From Eledone cirrhosa (Eukaryota): a stretch of DNA of 64,000 nucleotides. Both the position numbers and the translations under genes were made by a program. Position 1 is the first letter of the stretch; the number at the start of each line of letters is the position of its first letter. A model generated the notes under the pieces. The model had not been told where the DNA came from and made no database searches. It saw only the letters and a program-made list of their open reading frames with translations. The DNA is taken from positions 373,240,001 to 373,304,000 of the forward strand of contig OZ024741.1 in NCBI GenBank assembly GCA_964016885.1, given 5' to 3'. This document shows positions 23,454-38,994 of this stretch, piece after piece.

Positions 23454-24765
23454 TCATCATCATCATCATCATCATCAACGTTTAACGTCCGTGTTCCACG
23501 CTTGCATGGGTTTGGACGGGGGTTTTCCCACGTGATGCAAGAGTGATTGTCTTGCTCGCATAGGACTGTCTGGCAGGTTTTCTACAGTTGGATGCCCTTC
23601 CTAACACCAACCACATTTACAGTGTGCGTCTGGGAGTTTTTACCGTGTTGCCTACACGGCCACATTACAGCGTGGACTGTGTGTTTTTTTGTCGTGACAC
23701 CTACACGATCTCATTTGTTTCGGCCTGGATGGTGTGGCACCAACATAACTTTACATAGAAGGGGGCGATGTGGATGGGGTGGGGGTGGTGGGACGGGGGT
23801 GTATTTTGTTAGAGATGCCTACTGACTGTAGTAGGTTTTACTTTGTATTTAGGTAAGGCGGGTCTTCTCTATTACTGAGTACCGCCAAAGGTCTTGGTCC
23901 AGTGACATTGTCTTGGTGAGGTGTAAGTGTGTGATGTCGGAGTTTATCAGCTCGTCCCAGGTTTTTCTAGGTCTGCCTATTCCGTGACTACCGTCTATCT
24001 TTATTGCCCTGCACTTTGTTATACAGCTATCGACTTTCATGCGCATCACGTGTCCATACCAACGTAGCCTTCTCTCGAGTAAACAACATCTGATCCCTCT
24101 TATCTCTAATTTGTTCCTTAGTTCGTTTATGCTTTGCCGTTCACATATATTACTGTTACACATCCAGCGGAGCATGCAAGCTTCGTTCCTCTCTAGTCTG
24201 CGTATATCCTCTGCACACAATGCCCAGGTCTCACTGCCATGCAGCATTGCTGTTCGTATGCAGGCATCGTACAACCTGCCTTTCATTTTTAGGGAGAACC
24301 CTTTAGCAGCTAATAGTGGTATAAGCTCTCTAAACTTTTTCCAACCAGTTCTGACTCTAGCTACAGTACTTTCAGAGCACCCTCCCCCACTGCTGATTTT
24401 ATCGCCCAGGTAACGGAAGCTGTCCACTATTTCTATAGAACCCTCTGCGCAATTGAAAGAGCTAGTATTTTGTGGGCACTTGCTGCTACTTATTGCACCA
24501 GAACACCGGCCACATGTAAAATCTATGTTCTTAGTTAGCTTACCTGTGATCCCACTACATCTTTTATGCACCCATACTTTGCATTTAGGACATAAAATGG
24601 AGTTTCTACCTACGCCTTTCCTACACACCGAGCACGACCATTTCCCAGAAGGGACCGCCGCCTTGTTTTCTTTCCTACAAACTAGTACTTTGGTCTTAGC
24701 CAGGTTAATTTTAAGTCCTTTTGACTCTAGGCCGTGCTTCCATGTTTGGAATTTCTTCTCTAGCT
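23454..24765 (-). mobile_element. RTE-type LINE (PHD-in-RT family D) 3' fragment with long 3' UTR
   Basis: ORF 23849-24628 almost identical to the C-terminus of 43421-45463; (GAT)n tail. Confidence 0.93.
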
Positions 24766-24768
24766 ATG

Positions 24769-24799
<31 letters not shown>

Positions 24800-24836
24800 G
24801 TATATATATATATATGTATATATATATATGTATATA

Positions 24837-24899
<63 letters not shown>

Positions 24900-24984
24900 G
24901 TATATATATATGTATATATATATATATATATATGTATGTATATATATATGTATATATGTATGTATATATATATATGTATATATG

Positions 24985-25018
<34 letters not shown>

Positions 25019-25050
25019 TATATGTATGTATATATATATATATATGTATG

Positions 25051-25083
<33 letters not shown>

Positions 25084-25100
25084 ATATATATATATATATG

Positions 25101-25139
<39 letters not shown>

Positions 25140-25148
25140 ATATATATG

Positions 25149-25179
<31 letters not shown>

Positions 25180-25258
25180 GTATATATATATATGTATGTA
25201 TATATATATGTATATATATATGTATATATATATGTATATATACATGTATATATATATG

Positions 25259-25289
<31 letters not shown>

Positions 25290-25290
25290 G

Positions 25291-25337
<47 letters not shown>

Positions 25338-25853
25338 AAGTTTGTCCTCATCAGTGGCCATCCAACCGTCGTAGGCATTTCGTCGCATTAAAGGCCATAT
25401 ACCTCAGGTTGGTGCGAGCAACGGCTAAAAAAAAGTCGTTGGGACACGTAAATAAAGGGGACGCTAGGGTAAACAAACAAAATGGTTTAAGCAGCAGAAA
25501 GTGATGAAGAAGGAAACAAGTCCCAGATTTCTATGAATATAAATTCGGTGGAATCGTGAACGAGAGAATAAAGACCATCAAACCTGGTTGAAATGTGAGC
25601 AAGGAAGGAATTTCGCACAGGTCTAACGGGAGGAAGAAGGGGTCTGGTCTGCGAATCTTTTTCTAATTGTGCTTAACACTATGACTTATTAAAATAATAT
25701 AAACAAATCACTATCCAGACAGCTTCCAAAAGTAATGGTTGCATTTAAAAGGGTACGTCAAAGCTATTTGTAAAACTGTTATATATTGTATTTTGTCTGA
25801 TGAAGGCATACCATAATTTAATGTGTGAAATAGAACTTTTACATATATATATG

Positions 25854-25911
<58 letters not shown>

Positions 25912-26057
25912 TATATGTATGTATGTATATATATATGTATATATATATATATATATATACATATATATATGTATGTATGTATGTATATATGTATATATAT
26001 ATATATGTATGTATATATATATGTATGTATATATATATATGTATGTATATATATATG

Positions 26058-26088
<31 letters not shown>

Positions 26089-26091
26089 ATA

Positions 26092-26141
<50 letters not shown>

Positions 26142-26153
26142 TGTATGTATATA

Positions 26154-26206
<53 letters not shown>

Positions 26207-26227
26207 GTATATATATATATGTATGTG

Positions 26228-26260
<33 letters not shown>

Positions 26261-26820
26261 GGATGAATTAGTTTAGCGTGGTTTTTTATATGAAATCGTG
26301 TGTCGAAACAGATATTGTTATACTTGGGGAGGGTCATATTTGCGTAATATTGCCAGAATTAATAACAGAACACACTCACTGTTTGGTTGGTTTTGATTCT
26401 CGCTGTCTTTTATATGTGCGATCTAACTTACTCGGTCCTCAATGTTGCCATTGACTGACCGACAGTCAAAAATAATACAGATACAATATAGACACAAACA
26501 CATATATATAGTTTACATAATTTACATAAATCTTTCGTTGCACATCTGCAACATCGTCAGTGCTGTTATATTCTTTGTTACTCCTGTTGTGTTGTATGTC
26601 TACGCCATTTTTTATTCAGTCTGTCTATATATTTATTTATTTATTTGCTTGTTTGTTTATCTTATTTTATTTTGTCTTCTTTGCGCATGCGTTTGCGTGT
26701 GTGTATAGTGTTATGTGTGCTGTGTGACTAGTGTGTATAGTGTTGTGTCTGCTGGGTGACTAGTGTGTGTTTACGTGCTTGTTGTTATTGTGCTTATATA
26801 TATATATACATATATATATG

Positions 26821-26862
<42 letters not shown>

Positions 26863-26868
26863 CATATA

Positions 26869-26928
<60 letters not shown>

Positions 26929-26938
26929 TATATGTATG

Positions 26939-27022
<84 letters not shown>

Positions 27023-27028
27023 TATATG

Positions 27029-27075
<47 letters not shown>

Positions 27076-27196
27076 GTATATGTATGTATATATATATATA
27101 TATATATATACATATATATATGTATGTATATATATATATATATATACATATATATATGTATGTATATATATATATATATATATACATATATATATG

Positions 27197-27236
<40 letters not shown>

Positions 27237-27282
27237 TATATGTAGTATATATACATATATATATGTATGTATATATATATAT
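24766..27282. repeat. Three mainly (TA)nTG-type compound microsatellite arrays (24766-25332, 25841-26270, 26795-27282)
   Basis: Directly visible. Confidence 0.9.
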
Positions 27283-27634
27283 GCCTCTTTGTTTCGGCCG
27301 CGGATGGCTAACATAACCCCATCTCCCCCGCTCCCCACCTTTCAACCCCCCAAACGCAATCCAAAACTTCATATTTGGTACCTTGAATGTAGGCACCTTA
27401 AAGGGTTGCTCTAACGAGGTTGTAGAAATGCTTGAACGTAAGGAGGTCGATGTTTGTTGTATTCAAGAGACCAGGTGGAGGGGTGGATCTGCTAGATTCA
27501 TTGTGGGTAGAAAACGATGCTATAAGCTTTTCTGGGTGGGAAACGACAATGGGCTGGGTGGGGTAGGAATCATGGTAGCAGAAAAGTGGGCAGATAAGAT
27601 AATAGACGTAAATAGACTGAACGACAGAATAATT
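27283..27634 (+). mobile_element. RTE-type LINE APE endonuclease N-terminal fragment
   Basis: [27 protein letters not shown]. Confidence 0.85.
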
Positions 27635-28212
27635 AACGACAAAGTAATATGCTTTGAAATTTATTTCTGGTTGTGGGGTCCTTTAGTTTCCATATTTTTC
27701 TCCTGAGGATAGTCCTCTTCTGCTGTCGAGTACGTCTCGTCCTGACTATGAGGTCGCTAATTATCAGTCTATGTTGGGAAGTGCATTCTTCATGGGGGAG
27801 GGATTTAGTGTTTAGTTTACGACAGACACTCTGTCACCTCTTCTGGTAAGGATATAATCTACGTGGCTTGTGTGTTCCCCGGATCTATAGGTGATCAGGT
27901 GATTGTCACGTTTTTTGAAGTTAGTGTTACAGATAGTTAGGTTATTTGCATCACAGAATTCCAGGATGCTGGAGCCTTCCTCATTTCTAGTACCAAACCC
28001 ATAACCTCCATGGATTTCGTCGTAGCCGTCACAATGTTGTCCAACGTGAACATTTAGGTCGCCTGCAATAATTATATAGTCACTGTCGGTTATTTGGGAG
28101 GTAGTGAGCATCAGTGTCGCATAGAATCTGTCTTTTATAGTGCCGGGCAGTCCGGATTGGGGTGCGTACGCAGATATTACTGTCACCGTAGTTCTATTGA
28201 GGACAAGTCGTA
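27635..28212 (-). mobile_element. RTE-type LINE APE C-terminal fragment, inverted relative to its N-terminal half
   Basis: [32 protein letters not shown] on the minus strand. Confidence 0.85.
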
Positions 28213-31468
<3,256 letters not shown>

Positions 31469-31517
31469 AAATAAAGTTAAATAAAAGTCAAATGATTAAA
31501 ATTTAGCTTCGTTTATT

Positions 31518-31572
31518 ACTGCTATATATATTTCAGTGACAGCCATCTTTGGCTGTGACCTCTTCAGGCAGT
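31518..31572 (-). ncRNA. Minimal type I hammerhead ribozyme motif
   Basis: Minus strand: ACUGC CUGAAGA GGUCACAGCCA-AAGA-UGGCUGUCACU GAAA UAUAUA UA GCAGU. 5-bp stem I, long stem II, palindromic stem III. Confidence 0.75.
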
Positions 31573-31689
31573 TTGAATTAGTATGGTATAGACAAGTACA
31601 TATGTTGTTTAGCTGTATGATATTGTCAATACTCTGATATGCCCAGTTCCTTGCTGGGTTGTTAATTCACTGGGGAACTGGAGTCATAT

Positions 31690-33461
31690 GACCACAAGGT
31701 AAACTTCGATACTAACCCTAATATTAGACTTATATGCCCCTCTAAATCTGATATAGGTAAAATTAGCAAATATATACTAGACAGAATTATCCCCCAAGTT
31801 AAGGTTAAAGTAGAGATTAAACTATGGGGTAACACTCATGAAGCAATAAGATGGTTTAACAACATTACTGATAAGAAAAAATCAAAATTTATTCAGTTTG
31901 ATATTGATGAATATTATTCCTCAATTTCACCTGATACTCTACATGAAGCTCTTTCGTTCGCTAAGGATAATTCCGACCTTACGGATGCTGAAATTAAAAT
32001 TATTATGGAAGCGAGAAAAACTATAGTTAAATTCGATGATAGCTACTGGGTTCGCAAAGATAGACCTTCTAATTTTGATATCACTATGGGTTCTAATGAT
32101 TCGGCGGAAGTAACAGATCTTGTGGGAATTTATATCACCCACAGATTACAAGGAAAATTCAAGGATCTCCACGGTGGAATTTACCGTGACGATGCGCTCC
32201 TATTAGTTAAGAATATGAATAACCAGAATTTAGAAAGGATGCGTAAAAATATCAGAAAACTTTTTAAAGAACTAGGATTAAATATTACATTTGAATATAA
32301 CCTCAAAGAGGTCAATTTCCTTGATGTTACTTTCAATCTCAATACAGATACGATTAAACCGTTCCATAAACTAAATGAGAACCTTAAATATGTAAATACG
32401 AGTTCTAACCATCCACTCTCTATAATTAAATCCATCCCTAGAAATGTTTCTCTTAGAATCTCCCGCCTATCGTCCAACCAACAAACCTTCAAAGAACATG
32501 CCGAGTATTATGATGATGCACTTAGGAAAGCCGGTCACCTAGATAATATAGAGTATATAGTCAATGATCACCAAAACACCCAAAATAAATCACATAGGAG
32601 TAGAAATAGCACAGAATCACCACCATACATACACTACCGCAATAGACACAATAATAGTCGCACACCACCAAACAGAAGGCGATGTAAGGAGTATATCTGG
32701 TACAACCCGGTCTATAACAAATCTATTAAAACCAATCTACCCACAAAATTCTTTCGATTAGTTAGAAAACACTTTCCAACATCACATAAATATAATAAAA
32801 TCTTAAACCCTAACACCATCCGACTTTCATATTCAACCGCCCCTAATATTGAACAACATATAAAAATGCTTAACGCAAAACGGTTGTATAAACGCCTTCC
32901 AACACATAACAATACACGTAAAACATTAGCTATAACATCACAAAACAACAAACAACATCCTGTCCTGCATAAGCAACCTCATCAACCCATCCATGGCAAT
33001 ACAACAACGCAAAATTGTAATTGCAACTGTGTCCAACCAGGAATGTGTCCGTTGAACAATCAGTGTCTTGAACGCAACATCGTATACAAATGTACTATCG
33101 AATCGGATAGACAGAAGTGGTACTATGTGGGATCTACAGCCACCTCCTTTAAATCACGCCTTTATAGACATCGTTATTCGATAAAACATGAAAACCAGCG
33201 TTATGTAACAACACTCGCAGACAAGGCTTGGCAGCTGCGTGAAAATAACCAACAATTTCACCTAAAATGGGATATAATAGCGACTGCCCCCCCCCCCCCC
33301 CCATATCCAATGGACAGGAATTTTGTAAATTATGTAATGTAGAATTATTTTGTATTATGAAATCCAAAAACATTTTATTAAATAACAGAATAGAGCGATC
33401 GTTATACTGTAACCATCGCTTAAAATCTACATTTTCATATTATAAATACTACCAGGATTGA
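31690..33461 (+). pseudogene. Penelope-like RT + Cys-rich linker + GIY-YIG endonuclease; one frameshift in a poly-C run
   Basis: Frame open from DHK..RLICPSKSDIG (31690), FIQFDI, ITMG, IYRDD, FLDV; CNC..CPL..CL; IVY..YVGST..RL..H; C-terminus CKLC..E..LNNR continues in ORF 33267-33461. Confidence 0.9.
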
Positions 33462-33934
33462 ACGCCTGTCTCTATCCCCGTTTGATTGTCAAAATAGATA
33501 TGAACATTCTTTATTAGTCTTAATTCTATCAACTCTTCTATTATTTACCTTTTAATACAAACTGCTATAGATAAAATGAGATTTCTGATTTTTTGATTCA
33601 ATTCCCTAGTGGAAATACCAGCTGACTACTAGCATTGATGTTATTTAGTAGCAATCGAAATCTCCCCCTTCCCCAATTGACACTTTATGATTAATACTAC
33701 TGCACCAAATGACCAGCCCTGTCCACTGTCCAGTTGGTCAAGTAAAGATTAAAATCGGCACTCCCAAAATTCTTATTTAGATTTGCTCATGGTATTCTCA
33801 TTAAAAACCCATTATATACTTGTTTAGCAGTAAATTATTTTACCATCTGTCATATTCTATCCCCTCTGTTCCTTCCTCTTTTACTAATATAAATACTTCA
33901 ATTTTTCTGATTTTATCCAGTTTATCCAAAATCT

Positions 33935-34043
33935 CTGAAGAAGTGACAACTGATTATACATTTGCTATCGAATACTTGCTAACATTATATGATTACGCAA
34001 GCAGCGATACATAGGTATTCGGTCTGTTACAGAAACATATGTC
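33935..34043 (+). ncRNA. Degenerate hammerhead motif in the PLE 3' pLTR
   Basis: CUGAAGA, ~90-nt stem II (GUGACA/UGUUAC), GAAA, palindromic ACAUAUGU, GUC. Stem I pairing is poor. Confidence 0.5.
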
Positions 34044-34214
34044 AATACCTAATAAATTCCTTTTTTAACAAAAACACTTTCATTTTATATTCATCCTTTC
34101 TACATTTCTCCGGAATATAATTTATACTCGTTGAGCAAACCTGCACGTACGCTGTTCATCTCTAACGTAACGATATATTATCACTACATTATTGATAACC
34201 TGAAATTTTATATA

Positions 34215-34246
<32 letters not shown>

Positions 34247-34248
34247 CG

Positions 34249-34284
<36 letters not shown>

Positions 34285-34289
34285 CATAC

Positions 34290-34809
34290 ATGGTGGCTGC
34301 CAACTCGTTTTTGAGTACGGTCACTACTTTATACCCATGTAGGAGAACCCCTACCGATGCGTTGAACAAATGTGACTTTTTAGTCCATCCAGTGACTTGA
34401 TAACTCTGGTAAAAACACTACACTTGTCACAATTATTGACACATAGTGCTGGGCCCATGGTGCCATGTGATGACAAGTGCAGAGAGATCTCCATATATAA
34501 AGCAATGCCAGTGCCGTGAAGCTTTTATAGTGAGCAAAGGCACTGCACAAAGCCAGTCCCACTCTCTTAACCAAGATGATATTTACCAAAAAGAAGAACA
34601 AGTCAACATCATTGGATACCATCAGGGTTGCAGGTGTTATATCAGAGTTTTTCTTCTCCTAGAATTCTGCCTTGACAAAGTCTAAGGGATCATCTCTCCC
34701 GGTGATTTTGGCTGGCCATTGACTCTTAAGAGCTCCTTTGCCCTTTGACAGGTTATTGTTTTTAGTCCTGCAGGATGTCCAAAGTCACCCTCCTTACCAA
34801 GAAACCTTG
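34290..34809 (-). mobile_element. Bipartite non-autonomous RTE derivative
   Basis: Matches 13292-13803. Confidence 0.9.
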
Positions 34810-37800
34810 TTATATTATATTATATTCATAAAGAAATATACTAAGTAACGGTTCTTTTTGTTCTCGATTCAAACGATTCAAGAACAACGTTTAAAACACA
34901 GTTGTAGAATTAAAAACTAACTGAAAAGAAATATTACCCAAACTGTGAATAAATTTAAATTTGATTCTGACAGAACTTTGTCGAAACTTTTAAAGAAGAT
35001 CATCGACTATTTTGAAAAATAAATACGAAATATTAGTGAATAGACGAACTCATCATGGCAAAAAGTACAAGTCTCCTTCGACCAAATCACAACTACAACC
35101 GTTGTACACAGTGGAGTTACGAGTTTAACAAAGAATTATATGAAGCATACAAACAATCTGAACCCCAAAAGTTCGGTTTTATGCAAAGACTAAAACCTTT
35201 ATGGAATTCCAAACACCCAGAAATAGACTTTTCTCCAAAGCATTTAAATGAACAGGCAAAACGTATCATTAGATGTAAATTGATACATCTAACGGAATTG
35301 AGTGATACTACAAATACAGACCTTGTAGACAACCAGCCCACCCCCACTGACAAAGAGAATGGCCAGCTAAATCGAACAGTGAACAGCTCACTAACAATTT
35401 TGCTGAAATCCATACCACTTCCACTGAAGAACAGCGAGAAAGGTCAGCTGACTCTAGTAGTAATTGTCACCACATCAACAACGAGGCTGAAATTCATGAC
35501 TCTACTGAACAAACAGAACACCAAAAACTTGTGGACACCTTACAAGTGATATGGAACGATATGTTTCAAGAGATACACAGCCTTAATGTGAGTGACAGAC
35601 CATACAACACCAGAATCAGTAAAGAACCCATTAAATTGGAATTGGAAGCAGTGAACGAAATAGCTGGCAATTATCTGAAGGCTATATGATCTAAAGATGT
35701 AGAAACAACATTTGAAACACTTAATATTTTGTTATATATTTCAGCTGTCACATTGCTATCATATAACACACATCTAAAACCATGCAATCAAGATACAAAC
35801 AGAAAGCCTGAACCAGTGTGGATGCGAAATTTAAAAACCAAAATTTTGTCCCTGAGACGAAGTATCTCACACATCGCAGTCGTTAGGAAATGCAACATAG
35901 AGAGCAACTTCACACGACACCAGGAAGACCTAAAAAAAAAGTTAGAGAGACGATTTGGAGATACAAAATTTAAAACTTTGAACTCCAAATTACACCAGTT
36001 GAAACAACAACTCACAGCTACAACAGAAAGACTAAAATATAAGTCAACAGCACATAAACGACAAGTGCTAAATAGATTGTTTGCCAGAGATCCTAAATCA
36101 GTTTATCGCAGCTTCGGTGGCAAAAGCTCAATCCCTGTAAATGACACCCCTTCAAAAGAACAGGTTGAGAGCTACTGGAGATCTGTATGGGAAACGGATG
36201 ACGGATTCAACAGACAAACTAATTGGCTAAAAGAAATGGAACAGGACTACTGCCAACATGTCCAGACAAAACAATATGACATAGATGGGTCAATACTGGA
36301 AACAGCTCTACAGAAAATGTTGAATAGGAAATCGCCAGGCCCAGATCTCATTATAGGATACTGGTTGAAGAATTTCACTTTCTATCGGCAAGATCTCATA
36401 CGGCTGTTTACAGAAACCATTAAAGGCACACAATAACTGCCCAGATGGTTATCAACTGCCACTACTCTCCTCATTCCCAAAAATAGCCAAACCACCCTTG
36501 CTAAAAATTACCGCCCAATTGCCTGCCAAAACATCATGTATAAATTAATATACTGGGTGCCTTAACCTGTTCTTACAGGATCACTGTGCTACCAGCAACA
36601 TCATAACACCTGAGCAAGCTGGGGGAAAGAGGGAGGTGTGGGGTTGCATAGATCACCTACTAACTAATAAAATGATTCAGGAAAAAACAACAAAGAATCG
36701 CAGAAACATGACTGTGGTGTGGCTGGACTATCAAAAAGCATTTGATAGTGTACCTCATGGGTGGATTATTAAGGCTTTACAGTTAGCCAAAGTCCCACAA
36801 CCATTGGTAGCTGCTGTTGAACGCCTGACCAAGAACTGGTACACCAATTTGATCCTTAGAGGTGAGAAGGAGCAAGTTAAGACTGAAAAGATACATTACC
36901 AGAAGGGCATCTTTCAGGGTGATAGTTTGTCAGTGCTACTCTTCGTTCTCTCACTGAATCCACTATCTTACCTACTCAGGAAACAAGGTGGACAAAGAAG
37001 TGGGTCCAGAAGTATCTCCCATCTTTTCTTTGTTGATGACCTGAAGTTGTATGGGGCAAATATCAATGACATCAAGAAACAATTGGATCTCATTACACAA
37101 TTTTCAACCGACATCAAAATGAAATTTGGTGAGTCCAAGTGTGCATATTTGGCAGTAAAATGTGGAAGAGCTGTGCATTCCTCTAGAAATCTAGAGATGA
37201 ACGGCCTGACAATACAACCTCTACAGTCAGGTGACAACTACAGATATCTTGGACAGGATGAGAATGTCAGATATGATGGACCCATAAATAAGGAGAGAAC
37301 CAGAACTGAATACCTCAGAAGAGTAAAGAAAATATGGTCATCAGAACTATCAGCGTACAACAAATACATTGCCCACAATACTTATGCTGTGCCAATTCTA
37401 CCGCCAACATTTGGCCTGCTGAACTGGTCATTGCAAGAACTAAGTGAGATGGATGTTAGAACTTGCAAACTTCTCAGTGTTACTGGGAACTTTAACATCA
37501 ATGGTGACGTGGATAGGCTATACTTCTCACGCAAGGAAGGTGGCCGGGGTCTAAAATCCATATTAACAACATATTAGACCCGGATAGTAACACTGAAGTA
37601 ACACCTTCAACAGAGGAAGAAGGTTGGCAACCATCTTGCCCAGGTTTATGAGCATGAAAAAAAAAATATCATTAGAATAGCGACTGATCTGGAGGAGAGA
37701 TATGGAATAAAGCCTGATATAAATCTCTCACCCAGAGAAATCGGAAGATCCTATTCAATGTTCAAACAAGATATAAAAATTGACCAATTTACAGAAAAAG

Positions 37801-38645
37801 TTGTGCATGGATACTTGAGGCGTAAAACACAGACCATAGAGGGGATAAACCACTCAAAAAGCCTGGCATGGAGTTCCGACAAGTTTATGACATCACACCT
37901 TGAGGGATATCTCTATGCAATAAAGGAATAAGAACTCCCTACCAAATATCTGCTGCACAAAAGAGGAGGGCCAGCAGCTGACAATAAATGTAGGCTATGT
38001 AAAACAAAGATCGAGGATGTAAGCCACATTGTTGCCAGCTGCGAAAGAATGTCATCTCGCTACTACCTCCCCATGAGACACGATGGGGTAGCTAGAACCA
38101 TCTGGAATGCACTTCGGAAAACAAAATTAACAACAAACGAGGAAGAATATATTGAGACAGATGGCACTAAGGAATATTGGTGGAACCTGAAAATAAAAAC
38201 TGCCACCAAATTAAAGCACAACCGGCCTGATATTGTTGTTTGGGACCACACATTGAAAACGTGTTCTATTGTGGAGATCAGCTGCCCACTTGATGTAAAC
38301 GTTGTCAGAAAAATACAGGAGAAGGAGGACATCTATAGACCATTGATGAGGAGTTTACAAATCCAGTATCCAAGATACACCTTTAGCTTCATACCCATCA
38401 TTATTGGAGCTACGGGTTATATACCAACCCGCTTGGACCAAAGTATGACTGAACTTGGATTTGCGGACAAAAAGCGCAGCTCCCTAATTCATAGTCTACA
38501 AATGGCTGCGATAGCTGGCACCTTCAAAATTTGCAAAACATTCTTGCGATTCAAAGGATGACAATTTCTTTTCTTTTACAACCTTGCCACCAGGAAGGTG
38601 GCCGGTCAAAAAAAAAATATACTCGAAATTAAGAGAAAGAGATAA
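34810..38645 (+). mobile_element. R4/Dong-type non-LTR retrotransposon (RT + CCHC + restriction-like endonuclease), near full length, inactivated
   Basis: WLDYQKAFDSVPH, GIFQGDSLS, FVDDLKLY, YRYLG, EGGRGL, CRLC..HIVASC, RHD, RPDIVV..VEISCP; N-terminal W..EFN..LY..Y..SEP. Multiple stops and frameshifts over 35055-38561. Confidence 0.88.
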
Positions 38646-38820
38646 CATACATATATATACATACATATATAAATATACATATATATATACATATATAAAT
38701 ATACATATATATATACATATATAAATATACATATATAAATATACATATATATATACATACATATATATATACATACATATATATATATATACATATAAAT
38801 ATACATACATATATATATAC

Positions 38821-38851
<31 letters not shown>

Positions 38852-38994
38852 CATATATATATACATATATATATACATATATAAATATACATATACAAAT
38901 ATATACATATATATATATATATACATATATATACATATATATATATATATATACATATATATATACATACATATATATATATATACATATATGA

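Larger units (their letters stand above)
31470..34210 (+). mobile_element. Penelope-like element, 5'-truncated, with an inverted pLTR-like segment at its 5' side
   Basis: RT + GIY-YIG coding region; hammerhead motifs at both ends in opposite orientation; flanked by TA microsatellites. Confidence 0.85.

Noticed and set aside
25790-25845. CUGAUGA..GAAA hammerhead candidate
   Set aside because: Weak stem II, no stem III or stem I partner.
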